Of a DNA stretch of 64,000 bases, positions 11,101 to 22,727 are shown one piece after another; position 1 is the stretch's first letter; each line of letters starts with the position of its first letter. The notes beneath the pieces were generated by a model that had not been told where the DNA came from, searched no databases, and was given only the letters and a program-made list of their open reading frames with translations. A program made the translations under genes and the position numbers. The DNA is from Macrostomum lignano (lineage: Eukaryota): the NCBI GenBank assembly GCA_002269645.1, contig NIVC01001655.1:124001-188000 (forward strand), given 5' to 3'.

Positions 11101-14100
11101 CAAGCTGAGACACTTCAGAGTTGATCAAACTCTTCTGAATTGATCAAGCTGAGACACTTCAGAGTTGATCAAACTCTTCTGAATTGATCAAGCTGAGACA
11201 CTTCAGAGTTGATCAAACTCTTCTGAATTGATCAAGCTGAGACACTTCAGAGTTGATCAAGCTCTTCTGAATTGATCAAGCTGAGACACTTCAGAGTTGA
11301 TCAAACTCTTCTGAATTGATCAAGCTGAGACACTTCAGAGTTGATCAAACTCTTCTGAATTGATCAAGCTGAGACACTTCAGAGTTGATCAAACTCTTAT
11401 GAATTGATCAAGCTGAGACACTTCAAAGTTGATCAAACTCTTCTGAATTGATCAAGCTGAGACATTTCAGAGTTGATCAAACTCTTCTGAATTGATCAAA
11501 CTGAGACACTTCAGAGTTGATCAAACTCTTCTGAATTGATCAAGCTGAGACTCTTCTGAATTGATCAAACTCTTCTGAATTGATCAAGCTCTTCTGAATT
11601 GATCAAGCTCTTCTGAATTGATCAAACTCTTCTGAATTGATCAAGCTGAGACATTTCAGAGTTGATCAAACTCTTCTGAATTGATCAAGCTGAGACATTT
11701 CAGAGTTGATCAAACTCTTCTGAATTGATCAGATTGAGACACTTCAAAGTTGATCAAACTCTTCTGAATTGATCAGATTGAGACACTTCAGAGTTGATCA
11801 AACTCTTCTGAATTGATCAAGCTGAGACATTTCAGAGTTGATCAAACTCTTCTGAATTGATCAAGCTGAGACACTTCAGAGTTGATCAAACTCTTCTGAA
11901 TTGATCAAGCTGAGACATTTCAGAGTTGATCAAACTCTTCTGAATTGATCAGATTGAGACACTTCAGAGTTGATCAAACTCTTCTGAATTGATCAAACTG
12001 AGACATTTCAGAGTTGATCAAACTCTTCTGAATTGATCAAGCTGAGACACTTCAGAGTTGATCAAACTCTTCTGAATTGATCAAGCTGAGACACTTCAGA
12101 GTTGATCAAACTCTTCTGAATTGATCAAGCTGAGACACTTCAGAGTTGATCAAACTCTTCTGAATTGATCAAGCTGAGACACTTCAGAGTTGATCAAACT
12201 CTTCTGAATTGATCAAGCTGAGACACTTCAGAGTTGATCAAACTCTTCTGAATTGATCAAGCTGAGACACTTCAGAGTTGATCAAACTCTTCTGAATTGA
12301 TCAAGCTGAGACACTTCAGAGTTGATCAAACTCTTCTGAATTGATCAAGCTGAGACACTTCAGAGTTGATCAAACTCTTCTGAATTGATCAAGCTGAGAC
12401 ACTTCAGAGTTGATCAAACTCTTCTGAATTGATCAAGCTGAGACACTTCAGAGTTGATCAAACTCTTCTGAATTGATCAAGCTGAGACACTTCAGAGTTG
12501 ATCAAACTCTTCTGAATTGATCAAGCTGAGACACTTCAGAGTTGATCAAACTCTTCTGAATTGATCAAGCTGAGACATTTCAGAGTTGATCAAACTCTTC
12601 TGAATTGATCAAGCTGAGACACTTCAGAGTTGATCAAACTCTTCTGAATTGATCAAGCTGAGACACTTCAGAGTTGATCAAACTCTTCTGAATTGATCAA
12701 GCTCTTCTGAATTGATCAAGCTCTTCTGAATTGATCAAGCTCTTCTGAATTGATCAAGCTGAGACACTTCAGAGTTGATCAAGCTCTTCTGAATTGATCA
12801 AGCTGAGACACTTCAGAGTTGATCAAACTCTTCTGAATTGATCAAGCTGAGACACTTCAGAGTTGATCAAACTCTTCTGAATTGATCAAACTCTTCTGAA
12901 TTGATCAAGTTGAGACACTTCAGAGTTGATCAAACTCTTCTGAATTGATCAAGCTGAGACATTTCAGAGTTGATCAAACTCTTCTGAATTGATCAAGCTG
13001 AGACACTTCAGAGTTGATCAAACTCTTCTGAATTGATCAAGCTGAGACACTTCAGAGTTGATCAAACTCTTCTGAATTGATCAAGCTGAGACACTTCAGA
13101 GTTGATCAAACTCTTCTGAATTGATCAGATTGAGACACTTCAGAGTTGATCAAACTCTTCTGAATTGATCAAGCTGAGACACTTCAGAGTTGATCAAACT
13201 CTTCTGAATTGATCAAGCTGAGACACTTCAGAGTTGATCAAACTCTTCTGAATTGATCAAGCTGAGACACTTCAGAGTTGATCAAACTCTTCTGAATTGA
13301 TCAAGCTAAGACACTTCAGAGTTGATCAAACTCTTCTGAATTGATCAAGCTGAGACACTTCAGAGTTGATCAAACTCTTCTGAATTGATCAAGCTGAGAC
13401 ACTTCAGAGTTGATCAAACTCTTCTGAATTGATCAAGCTGAGACACTTCAGAGTTGATCAAACTCTTCTGAATTGATCAAGCTGAGACACTTCAGAGTTG
13501 ATCAAACTCTTCTGAATTGATCAAGCTGAGACACTTCAGAGTTGATCAAACTCTTCTGAATTGATCAAGCTGAGACACTTCAGAGTTGATCAAACTCTTC
13601 TGAATTGATCAAGCTGAGACACTTCAGAGTTGATCAAACTCTTCTGAATTGATCAAGCTGAGACACTTCAGAGTTGATCAAACTCTTCTGAATTGATCAA
13701 GCTGAGACACTTCAGAGTTGATCAAACTCTTCTGAATTGATCAAACTGAGACATTTCAGAGTTGATCAAACTCTTCTGAATTGATCAAGCTGAGACACTT
13801 CAGAGTTGATCAAACTCTTCTGAATTGATCAAGCTGAGACACTTCAGAGTTGATCAAACTCTTCTGAATTGATCAAGCTGAGACACTTCAGAGTTGATCA
13901 AACTCTTCTGAATTGATCAAGCTGAGACACTTCAGAGTTGATCAAACTCTTCTGAATTGATCAAGCTGAGACACTTCAGAGTTGATCAAACTCTTCTGAA
14001 TTGATCAAGCTGAGACACTTCAGAGTTGATCAAACTCTTCTGAATTGATCAAGCTGAGACACTTCAGAGTTGATCAAACTCTTCTGAATTGATCAAGCTG

Positions 14101-17100
14101 AGACACTTCAGAGTTGATCAAACTCTTCTGAATTGATCAAGCTGAGACACTTCAGAGTTGATCAAACTCTTCTGAATTGATCAAGCTGAGACACTTCAGA
14201 GTTGATCAAACTCTTCTGAATTGATCAAGCTGAGACACTTCAGAGTTGATCAAACTCTTCTGAATTGATCAAGCTGAGACACTTCAGAGTTGATCAAACT
14301 CTTCTGAATTGATCAAACTCTTCTGAATTGATCAAGCTGAGACACTTCAGAGTTGATCAAACTCTTCTGAATTGATCAAGCTGAGACACTTCAGAGTTGA
14401 TCAAACTCTTCTGAATTGATCAAGCTGAGACACTTCAGAGTTGATCAAACTCTTCTGAATTGATCAAGCTGAGACACTTCAGAGTTGATCAAACTCTTCT
14501 GAATTGATCAAGCTGAGACACTTCAGAGTTGATCAAACTCTTCTGAATTGATCAAGCTGAGACACTTCAGAGTTGATCAAACTCTTCTGAATTGATCAGA
14601 TTGAGACACTTCAGAGTTGATCAAACTCTTCTGAATTGATCAAGCTGAGACACTTCAGAGTTGATCAAACTCTTCTGAATTGATCAAGCTGAGACACTTC
14701 AGAGTTGATCAAACTCTTCTGAATTGATCAAGCTGAGACACTTCAGAGTTGATCAAACTCTTCTGAATTGATCAAGCTGAGACACTTCAGAGTTGATCAA
14801 ACTCTTCTGAATTGATCAAGCTGAGACACTTCAGAGTTGATCAAACTCTTCTGAATTGATTTATAGCAAATCGTCTATTATAATAAAATAAATTATGGTG
14901 ATCACTTACCTAAAACAGGCACATTATTATCCATCATAGAAATAAGCTTCCGTGCTAATCAGTGATCAGTGATTTTTGCGGTAAGTATCAATTGTAAATT
15001 AAAGAAAAAACTTCTGACCCAGTGAACGCATTGAGGCAGTTCAGCTCTCAATAAAAGCAATTGACTCAAAATAAAGTACGCTCGAAACTACAGTGAACCG
15101 TGACAATTATTTTGAATTTGAAGTAAAAAGTGAAGCTTCATTTCCCGTTTTTATTGAATTATTGTCGCATTAAAAACAAGCAAATGTGCTCAGTAAAACA
15201 ACAGAGAGAACTTTAAAATAGTATAAAAAGCATAGCTACCATGCCAACAAAGGTCATTTCTTCTTCGCATTCTCGTTGAGAAAATTTCCTGGTGCAGAAA
15301 CCTTTCCAGTACTGCAGTAGCGGACAGATTGCACAATTGACGATTGGTTGAAAGATGCAGAAGAATTTTTTATAAAAAAGTTCAAATAAAAATTAAATCT
15401 CAAATCTGGTAAATAAACGTTAGTAAGTTAGTGCCAAAAGGGCCTTAAAATTGTTTGAACCGACTGGCTTAAATGCTTTTGATTAGGCCGAAATTTAGGC
15501 CCAAAAATGCTAGTTTCGGTCCAATCCGAATGCACCTTCTGAATTCGCACGGCCGCGTCGTGCTCGGAGATCTCCGGCGCCTGCCTGGCCGCTCGCATCC
15601 TGGACTTCAATTCTCTCAGTCGAATTTCTCGCATAAATTTGGCCCTCAACCGGCCTTGCCGGGCACGCTCGTGCACCCTGATGAGGCGTACAGCCTCTTC
15701 CACTGTCATTCCGGACTCTGAAGACAGCTTAGCGGGATCGCTCTGGCCGATTCTTTCTAGAACGCGGGCCATCAGGTCCTGGCGGGAGCGAAGCGTTTTC
15801 TCCTGCTCCAGGACGAAGTACTTTGGGATCGGCATCTCTACGTCGTTCTGCGAGGTAGTTGTTTGGTAAATTTGAGCATTTAATAAGGAGTTAAGTTGAG
15901 GTGTGAAAGAGCTAGGCTTGTCGAGGGGAGTGAGAGACTGTACATTGGGGTTAGAGAGACTGCATATTGGGCTTTGAAAGAATGTACAATGGGGTTAGAG
16001 AGACTCTACATTAGGGCTAGAGAGACTGTACATTGGGGTTAGAGAGACTGTACATTGGGGTTAGAGAGACTGTACATTGGGGTTAGAGAGATTGTACATT
16101 GGGGTTAGAGAGACTGTACATTGGGGTTAGAGAGACTGTACACTGGGGTTAGAGAGACTGAACGTTGGGGTTAGGGAGACTGTAGATTTGGGGTTAGAGT
16201 GACTGTACATTGAGATTAGAGAGGCTGAACATTGGGGTCAGAGAGACTGAATATTGGGGTTCGAGAGACTGTACATTGGGGTTAGAGAGGGGGCTAGGTC
16301 AAAGTGGAAAGTTTCTGCAGATTTTTTTCAAGGCCAATTAGTGAACACCCAAATCTTACTGGTGTGAGCTTCAAATCCGATAGAATGTCGTCAAAAAAGT
16401 GGTACTCCAAGCATTCGAGGTCCACCATTTCCTGTTTGAGCTCCAGAAGCCGACCAAGGACTCCATCCAGAACATTTCTTAGAACGATTCGCTTTTGCGG
16501 ATGGACAATCTGGTCGTAGCACGTCTCCAGCTTGCGCAAGATCTGAATGTACTTTATGTACATGGATGCTATCAGCTGAAAGAAGGCTACCTTGTCCTGA
16601 AAATTATGTTGAATTGCATTAAATTTATCTGGTTCGTATGAACATTTGACAGTTTTTTAACTTTAATTAAGAGTTAACCTTTTCTGGCTTCTGATTTGTT
16701 GATGGCTTCTCACTCTCGAGAAGACCCACCAACCCATTCTGGGCTTCCTGCCATTCTCTGTTGTAGGTTCTGTAACAGTGTCAGTAGAAAACTTTAAATC
16801 AGTATCTTTAAAAGTGCGATTTAATGTGGTAAAAAATAACTGGCTTAAACAATAAATCAAAACTAAAAAATCTTCACATGTTTGCAAAAGAATAATAATT
16901 TATTGTCATGCTCAGAAAATAAGAAATTACAACACTTTACTAAATTAAACTTACTTAAAAACCAGGAAAATATGTGGTAGTTGGTAAATACTTGACTGAT
17001 TTAAATTGAACTCATATTTTATAAGTGCAATAAATAACTTGAGTAACTAAAATTTACTACTGTAAAAAATATTAATTCAAGAAAATTATTGGTATACTTA

Positions 17101-17264
17101 TCCAAAAATTACTGATTTTCTTATCAAATAGGCTAGAAGAAAATATTTCCCAGCCCAGCGCATATATTTTGAATAATTGTAAATCACAACTAAAATAAAA
17201 TAATGAATAGAAGTATAGTTTAAAGCTATTTGCCATTACACAGCAAAACTTACATGTGAGACAT
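5111..17264 (-). CDS. IQCA1: IQ motif and AAA ATPase domain protein (IQCA1/DRC11 orthologue), 3'-partial, 13 exons, about 729 aa visible
   Basis: Phase-consistent GT-AG exons: 17264-17254 (MSH), 16769-16679, 16596-16360 ([28 protein letters not shown]), 15847-15536 (PIPKYF), 15311-15240, 9957-9643 (QIRQWFIEC), 9471-9334, 8716-8641, 8096-7878 ([11 protein letters not shown]), 7355-7240, 6829-6491 (Walker A GPGGVGK), 5859-5776 (Walker B-like LFIED), 5288-5111 (PRPDYASR). IQ motif AVRIQKYWKGF spans exons 4/5. The motifs match vertebrate IQCA1 as recalled. Terminal exon(s) not found in the window. Confidence 0.93.
5306..5466. repeat. 17-bp minisatellite (AATGTAATCAGTGAGGG) in IQCA1 intron 12
   Basis: About 9 units read directly. 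Confidence 0.9.
5960..6230 (+). mobile_element. tRNA-derived SINE, family 1, with MIR/CORE-like central domain
   Basis: A box TAGTCTAGTGG, B box GGTTCGATTCC, core GTGTCCTTCAGCAAGACACTTAACTCTGCATTGCTTCAGCTCACCCAGCTGTAAAATGGG; two further copies in the window. Confidence 0.85.
6940..7085. repeat. Degenerate 20-bp minisatellite (GACATTTGTGAATCCCTTCT) in IQCA1 intron 10
   Basis: TGTGAAT recurs at 20-bp spacing. Confidence 0.8.
7380..7822. repeat. 12-bp minisatellite (TGTTACAGCGTG) in IQCA1 intron 9
   Basis: About 36 units read directly. Confidence 0.95.
9065..9210. repeat. Degenerate 26-bp tandem repeat with TGACGTCA core in IQCA1 intron 7
   Basis: Core at 9072, 9098, 9124, 9150, 9176, 9202 (exact 26-bp period); perfect TGACGTCA in 3 units. 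Confidence 0.8.
10033..14858. repeat. 44-bp satellite (TGATCAAGCTGAGACACTTCAGAGT + TGATCAAACTCTTCTGAAT), about 4.8 kb, in IQCA1 intron 5
   Basis: Period 44 (10034, 10078, ...); variant units consist of the 19-bp subunit alone. Confidence 0.97.
15932..16287. repeat. 22-bp minisatellite (AGAGAGACTGTACATTGGGGTT) in IQCA1 intron 3
   Basis: About 16 units read directly. Confidence 0.9.
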
Positions 17265-17784
17265 GCGGATGGAAAAAATATTCTGTACGCTGCGTCGTCG
17301 TCAATTCAAAACAAATAATAGATAAATGGGAAATCAAATCCAATTTAACGATTAGTTTATCGCGGACGCGATATAAACTATGCAAGTATCCTATTTTGAA
17401 AATTCACATGCATCGCTATTTATTTACCTAGATACGTTTAGTAAAGTTTGACAGTAATTTTTGACTAACTGGAAATAAAAAGAAAACATTTTAATAATGC
17501 TAAATTTATATTTTTTCAAAATTTTTGTTGTAAATATACATCAAGAAAAAAACTTTTTGTTTTATTGCATACATAAAAGTATATTCATGCGCAATTTTAG
17601 GGGAATCATAGGCGAATGACGAAGACAGAACTTGGAGGACAGTGAGCACAAAGCAACGAGCAGTGGAGCAACCCCTGGCTTGTACGACGAATTTTTTTTT
17701 AAATTAGGTAGTTAGACACGAGAACCGAGACACGAGTACGATCATGTACATCATTTAAAAAATTGAGCTGCTGGTGTGCAACAC

Positions 17785-17963
17785 CGCAAACAGACAAAGC
17801 ACAAGTTTGAAGGGGGGGGGGTAAATAGCTAGCAGGCTTGGCCGTCTCATTTTTTTAGAAAATTTACATGTAACACAGTTGTACTTGTACAGCTTTTTGC
17901 TGCATACAGTAAATATATATATATATTGAAAGTAGGTCTCACTAGGAGGTCTCACTACTTTTT

Positions 17964-17994
<31 letters not shown>

Positions 17995-18115
17995 TGCAGC
18001 AAAAAGCTGTACAAGTACAACTGTGTTACATGTAAATTTTCTGAAAAAATGAGACGGCCAAGCCTGCTAGCTATTTACCCCCCCCCCCTTCAAACTTGTG
18101 CTTTGTCTGTTTGCG
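17785..18115. repeat. Long near-perfect inverted repeat (foldback), arms about 127 bp
   Basis: 17785-17911 is the reverse complement of 17988-18115; the ORF track gives the same peptide on both strands. Confidence 0.92.
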
Positions 18116-19252
18116 TCTGTATGTACATTATAATGTACATGTACATGTAAACTACATGTACGTAGTAGACCTTGAATTCTGTAAAGCTTTCGCTGCATGG
18201 TCTCACTACTTTTTCAAGCGCTTTTATGGATTGTTGTACGGGGGGTACATACGGCTGCTCTGTTTTAATAAAACACTCAATTGCAATCAAAAACAGAAGA
18301 TGCCATCATGCAAACTGTACAATTTTGCAGAAGCTCGCAAATTAAAAAAATGTAAAATAGCTAGAAGATTTAGCAGATTTTTATTTTCACATCAAGCGCA
18401 CCTTCTGCAAAAATCGTTAATAGCAAATACAAAAGCTATAATTTTCTGTCATTATCTCACACTTGAACAAAAGTAACTAATATAGTACGTGCTGACTGTC
18501 AGCCAGTTGAGATTGGCAAGAGCAGCCCCTGGTCAGTTAGAACGAGTTTCCTTCTCAGCGCAGCATCGCCTTCAAGAGCCTCAAATAAGTGTTCGTGAGC
18601 ACCTTTTATAGGCAAACATCGCTTGAGACTCTTGTCTGTATAGATAAAATTTCATTCTCTTCTGTGCAGAAGATTTCCAAATGGACTCGGGAGCAGAGAC
18701 GGAGCGAGCGAATGTCTACTACGAAGCAATTAACCAGAGGTGCATTCCACTAGCCATTATCTATCTTCTGTTGGAGCAGAAGATATATGCTTGCTTGAGC
18801 TCTCCTGCCCCCCACCCTGCCACTCACTTTAGCCAGAGTTTTGTCTCGCCCAAGAGCGTTCTTCCAACGTCTCTTGACTACATGTAGTTTGCACGCAAGA
18901 ATCGTCTACACAACTGTACGCACGAGACAAGATCGTGCTACAGCCACACAAGCGAGCACTCAGTTATAGTGTAGGAGTTTTATACCGCATTTGGTAATCT
19001 CCAGACCTGGCAATCTGGTCCTGCAAACAATGCACATTCGATTCGCCACCGTACATTTGCGAGTGCATTCGTACAATAAAACGAAAAACAAAAGGCGACG
19101 CGAATTGGCAGGCGACGGTAACGCATCATAAAAAAATTTCCACCTTCCTGAGCAAAGCAAATAAGTTTCTCTAAACAGCTCTGCTTGCTTCTGGTGCAAA
19201 GTAGAGGAGGATCTTCCAAACACGATTGAACTACGGTCATTGGTAGCTACTA

Positions 19253-21089
19253 ATGGCGACTGGGGCTAATCGTCCTACCGGACAGGTGAAAGCCCAGCTA
19301 TCGCCCAGCGACAGCGCATTCAGCAGCATTGAAAGCCTAGCTGAGATGGCCATCTGCCCGGTGCACTGCGGTCGGCTAAGCTGTCCGAAGCTACTGCCCT
19401 GCGGCCACGTGTTCTGCCTGTCCTGCCTGGACAAGTGGTCGCAGAGGCAGAGTGCCGGTCACACGATCGAGTGTCCGATGTGCCGTCGGACAGTGGCCCG
19501 ACCGCAGGCCGGCGCTGCAGGCCTGCCGACCGCCCGCGCTCATCAGGCCATCCTGGACTACCTGGTGAGCCACGCCGCGCGGCACCAGCAGTCGCTGTCG
19601 CGCAAGCCTCAAGCGACGCAGACGCAGCAGAGCATGAATAAGCGAAAGCGAAGTCTGGAGATGCGGCAGGACTTGATGACGCAGCTCAGTGAGGACTTTC
19701 TACGCTTATCAGAAGAGGCTGGACCAGAAAGCGCGCCGGCATTTGATGTCGCTGAGCTAGCCAACGTCCGAGACAACATTAACCGGCTACTTCGCCGGCT
19801 GGAAGAGACTCACAGTGGTGAAACTGTTGTTACTGAGGAAATTGAAAGCGACATTGACAGTGAGAGCGCCGATGAAGAGAACGAAGACGAGGAAGAGGAC
19901 GCCGCAGGGGCGCCAACAGCCGAAACAGCAGCAGCAGCGGACACTTTTTCGGCCACTCAGCGAGAGATGCACCGGCTAAGCCGATACCGAATGCGCGAGA
20001 TGTCCTTGGCAAATCCCGCCGAGCTGGCAGCCGAAGGATTCGCCTACGCAGGTCAAATTCGTCAGGAGCCCAACGGTCGAGGTCGTCGAGCAGCTCCGGT
20101 GGTTGTCCTGCTCACAGAGGCGTCGCGACAGTTGCTTGTAGCTCCTCGGCCAGACAGCCGAGGTCGGATAAGGCCGCTTCCATTGAACATCGATTGGCAA
20201 ATGAGGGACTCAACGGCCTGGAATCCGAGACAGATGCGATTAGTCAGCATGCAGGTGACCAGAGGTGCAATTTACCTTTCTGGCTGGAGTTGCTGCAGGT
20301 GAGAATGCTGAAAACAATACGGAGTCTCTCTGAAATAGCTTTGGCGCTCGAGCCGAGTCAAACAAAATGGCGCATCCCAAAATGCCCCTTCAATGTAAAA
20401 TTCTGACATTGCCCCTGTGGGATTAACTTCTTACACATCCTCTTTTTCTCAGGTCTTTTCTGGCTATCGTCAATCCTGAGACAGGCGACGTTCTGTGCTG
20501 TTACGCCCGCGACGAGCCAACCGAAACGGCCGCCGCGGAAAGCTTCGGCGGCTTTCACGTTGAGCCGGCGGAGGCCGGAGGCGGCGTTGTGGCGGCTCAG
20601 CCCGGCAAACGGCGCGTGGAATTTTTTGGCGACGACCTGCAACCCACCGGGCACTGGCTGGTGTTCGCCCGGCTCAAGCCGCGCTTCGTGGCCTGGGCCA
20701 GACAGGCAGGCACCCTGTGGGTGTCCTGCCCAGACGAGTGCTTAGTCTTGGCGGTCAACGACAGAACCGGCGTGTTCAGGAAGCTGTCCACCGGAGACAT
20801 CTTTCAGTCACCACCGAGTCAACTCGTCGCCGCCGCGGCTTCGAACGGCGAGTGTCGCGTTGTCTTGACTGACTCTGAGCAGGGCCGGCTGTTCTGGATA
20901 CGCAAGCGTCGCAAGTACATCTTCCTGCAGAGGCTGCAGCTGTCCAGAGACCTGCCGACGATCACTGGCTTGTCCGCTGCTGAAGACGGCCAGCTGCTGG
21001 TCACCGCCCGGGATCGAGTGTTCTGCATGAAGCCGAGCAGATCCGCCACCGCCTCGCGGCAGATGAGTCTTCGATGCGAGCTGCTCTGA
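19253..21089 (+). CDS. RING-finger protein with coiled coil, acidic tract and C-terminal beta-propeller/NHL-like region (TRIM-like E3 ligase), 560 aa
   Basis: Exons 19253-20298 and 20453-21089 (phase 2, GTGAGA...TCTCAG, total 1683 nt). RING-HC: CPVHCGRLSCPKLLPCGHVFCLSCL...CPMC. The propeller assignment is from a beta-rich repeat pattern only. Confidence 0.8.
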
Positions 21090-21395
21090 TGAACATCCCT
21101 ACTGTACATTAGCATGAGGCAGCACGCTGATCCATGAGCATGTATATTGAGATCAGGGCACTCAATTCCATGTACATAAACAAGACGCATCCGACTAGGC
21201 GGACTTCACTGCAATTCGTGTAAAACATTCACCTTTAGGGTAACAGATATTCAAGCGCATCTATGAGATGCAAAGTATACTCGTGATTCGTGAACAGGTA
21301 TTTTTGCATTTGCAGCATTCACAGCGTAAATTTTGTTTAAAAAACTTTTCTCTCAAAGATAATAATATTAGTTGATTACCCCTGTCTTAATAGCC

Positions 21396-21667
21396 ACATG
21401 TACAACCGACAGCTCAGCCGCAGCTATTGCGTGGCGCATCTGAAGGCTGCGTACGGCTGTTCAGTTCAAGGACTGGGGGGTCGCCACACACAGCCTTAAT
21501 TACCCCAGCTAATGCTGGCACCCATTTGACAGCTGGGTGAACTGAAGCAATGCAGAGTTAAGTGTCTTGCTCAATGATACAGATTATTCTGAGTGGGTCG
21601 AAAATCAACCCCCCCCCCCAACTTTTAGTCGTGAGTCCGATGCTCTAACCAATAGGCTGAAACCCCT
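21396..21667 (-). mobile_element. SINE family 1 copy
   Basis: Reverse-complement similarity to 5960-6230 over the head, core and 3' body. Confidence 0.85.
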
Positions 21668-21736
21668 CTTTCGACTGTACTAGAAGTTAGAAAGTCAAGA
21701 AAGTCAGGGCCTTAAAAAAATTAATGAATGATTGTA

Positions 21737-21937
21737 CAGGGTGTCCCATAAGTGACTTTACAACTTGTTTCGTGAATAACTTTGTGATTAATGCTTGGAT
21801 CCCCACCAGATTTTAGCATACTTTTATTTAGCATACTGGTGGGGTGGGGAACATGCTTTTGGTATCAAAAAATCCCTTTTCTATATATTTTCTTATGCTA
21901 AAATGCTAAATGCTAAAGTTACTTATGGGACACCCTG
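21737..21937. mobile_element. Tc1/mariner-type MITE, 201 bp
   Basis: TIR CAGGGTGTCCCATAAGT(G/A)ACTT at both ends, flanked by TA (21735-36 and 21938-39). Confidence 0.88.
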
Positions 21938-22727
21938 TACATATAGTGATATAGTGATGCAAAATGCCTTAATACGTCTGTACCTGCTCACAAAATACGA
22001 TATTGGCAAAGCTGCAATGCATGTAAAAGCTGATGTGTGAAGTGTCTTATTGCGTATCTTCCCCTCAAGCCCGCACTGAACACGTAAAGTAGTAGGATTG
22101 TGCATATTGTGTCAAATTCATGCGAATGCGTGCACCCACGTGTGCACGTGACGTGGGAACTATGGAAGCTATTCGAACAGTTGAGGATGGATCATAATTT
22201 AGCCGTGCGAGAATGGCTATAGGATCTGACCCAGAACGAGGGCAAGATCGAGCGGGGCTGTGTATGGAGCTTAGTCAAAAAAATTAGCTGGCACATGGAC
22301 ACGCTTGAACTTCGAGCACATTTCAGAAAAGCGTTTAATCAAGCATGCGAAACTAAACTATAAATTTACTGATGTTTCTTATACACAAACGCAAAAATTG
22401 TGTTTTCATGGCTAGCAATGTCGAAATAAAAATGAGGAGCATGCAGTTGAAAGCACTCGGACTGAAGACCCAGACAAAACGCATCCTTTATGCTACAATT
22501 AAGGCTAGAAAAACCTAACATGCTACAGACATCGACTACAAAAGTCTTAGTAGACCTTGGTGACAAACAATAGTCCCACATTATTTCGCAGCAATCCATA
22601 TACTAAATATGGTCTGTCGGTAGGTATCTATCTAGTCCATATAATAAAAATGAAAATCTTCTATACTAAAAACGATTAAGGCAGAGCCATAAATACAAGC
22701 TCCTAGAACAAAAAAGGTCATGGCCAA

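Noticed and set aside
10033-14858. CRISPR-like array
   Set aside because: Units are contiguous with no unique spacers, the context is eukaryotic and intronic, and there are no cas genes.
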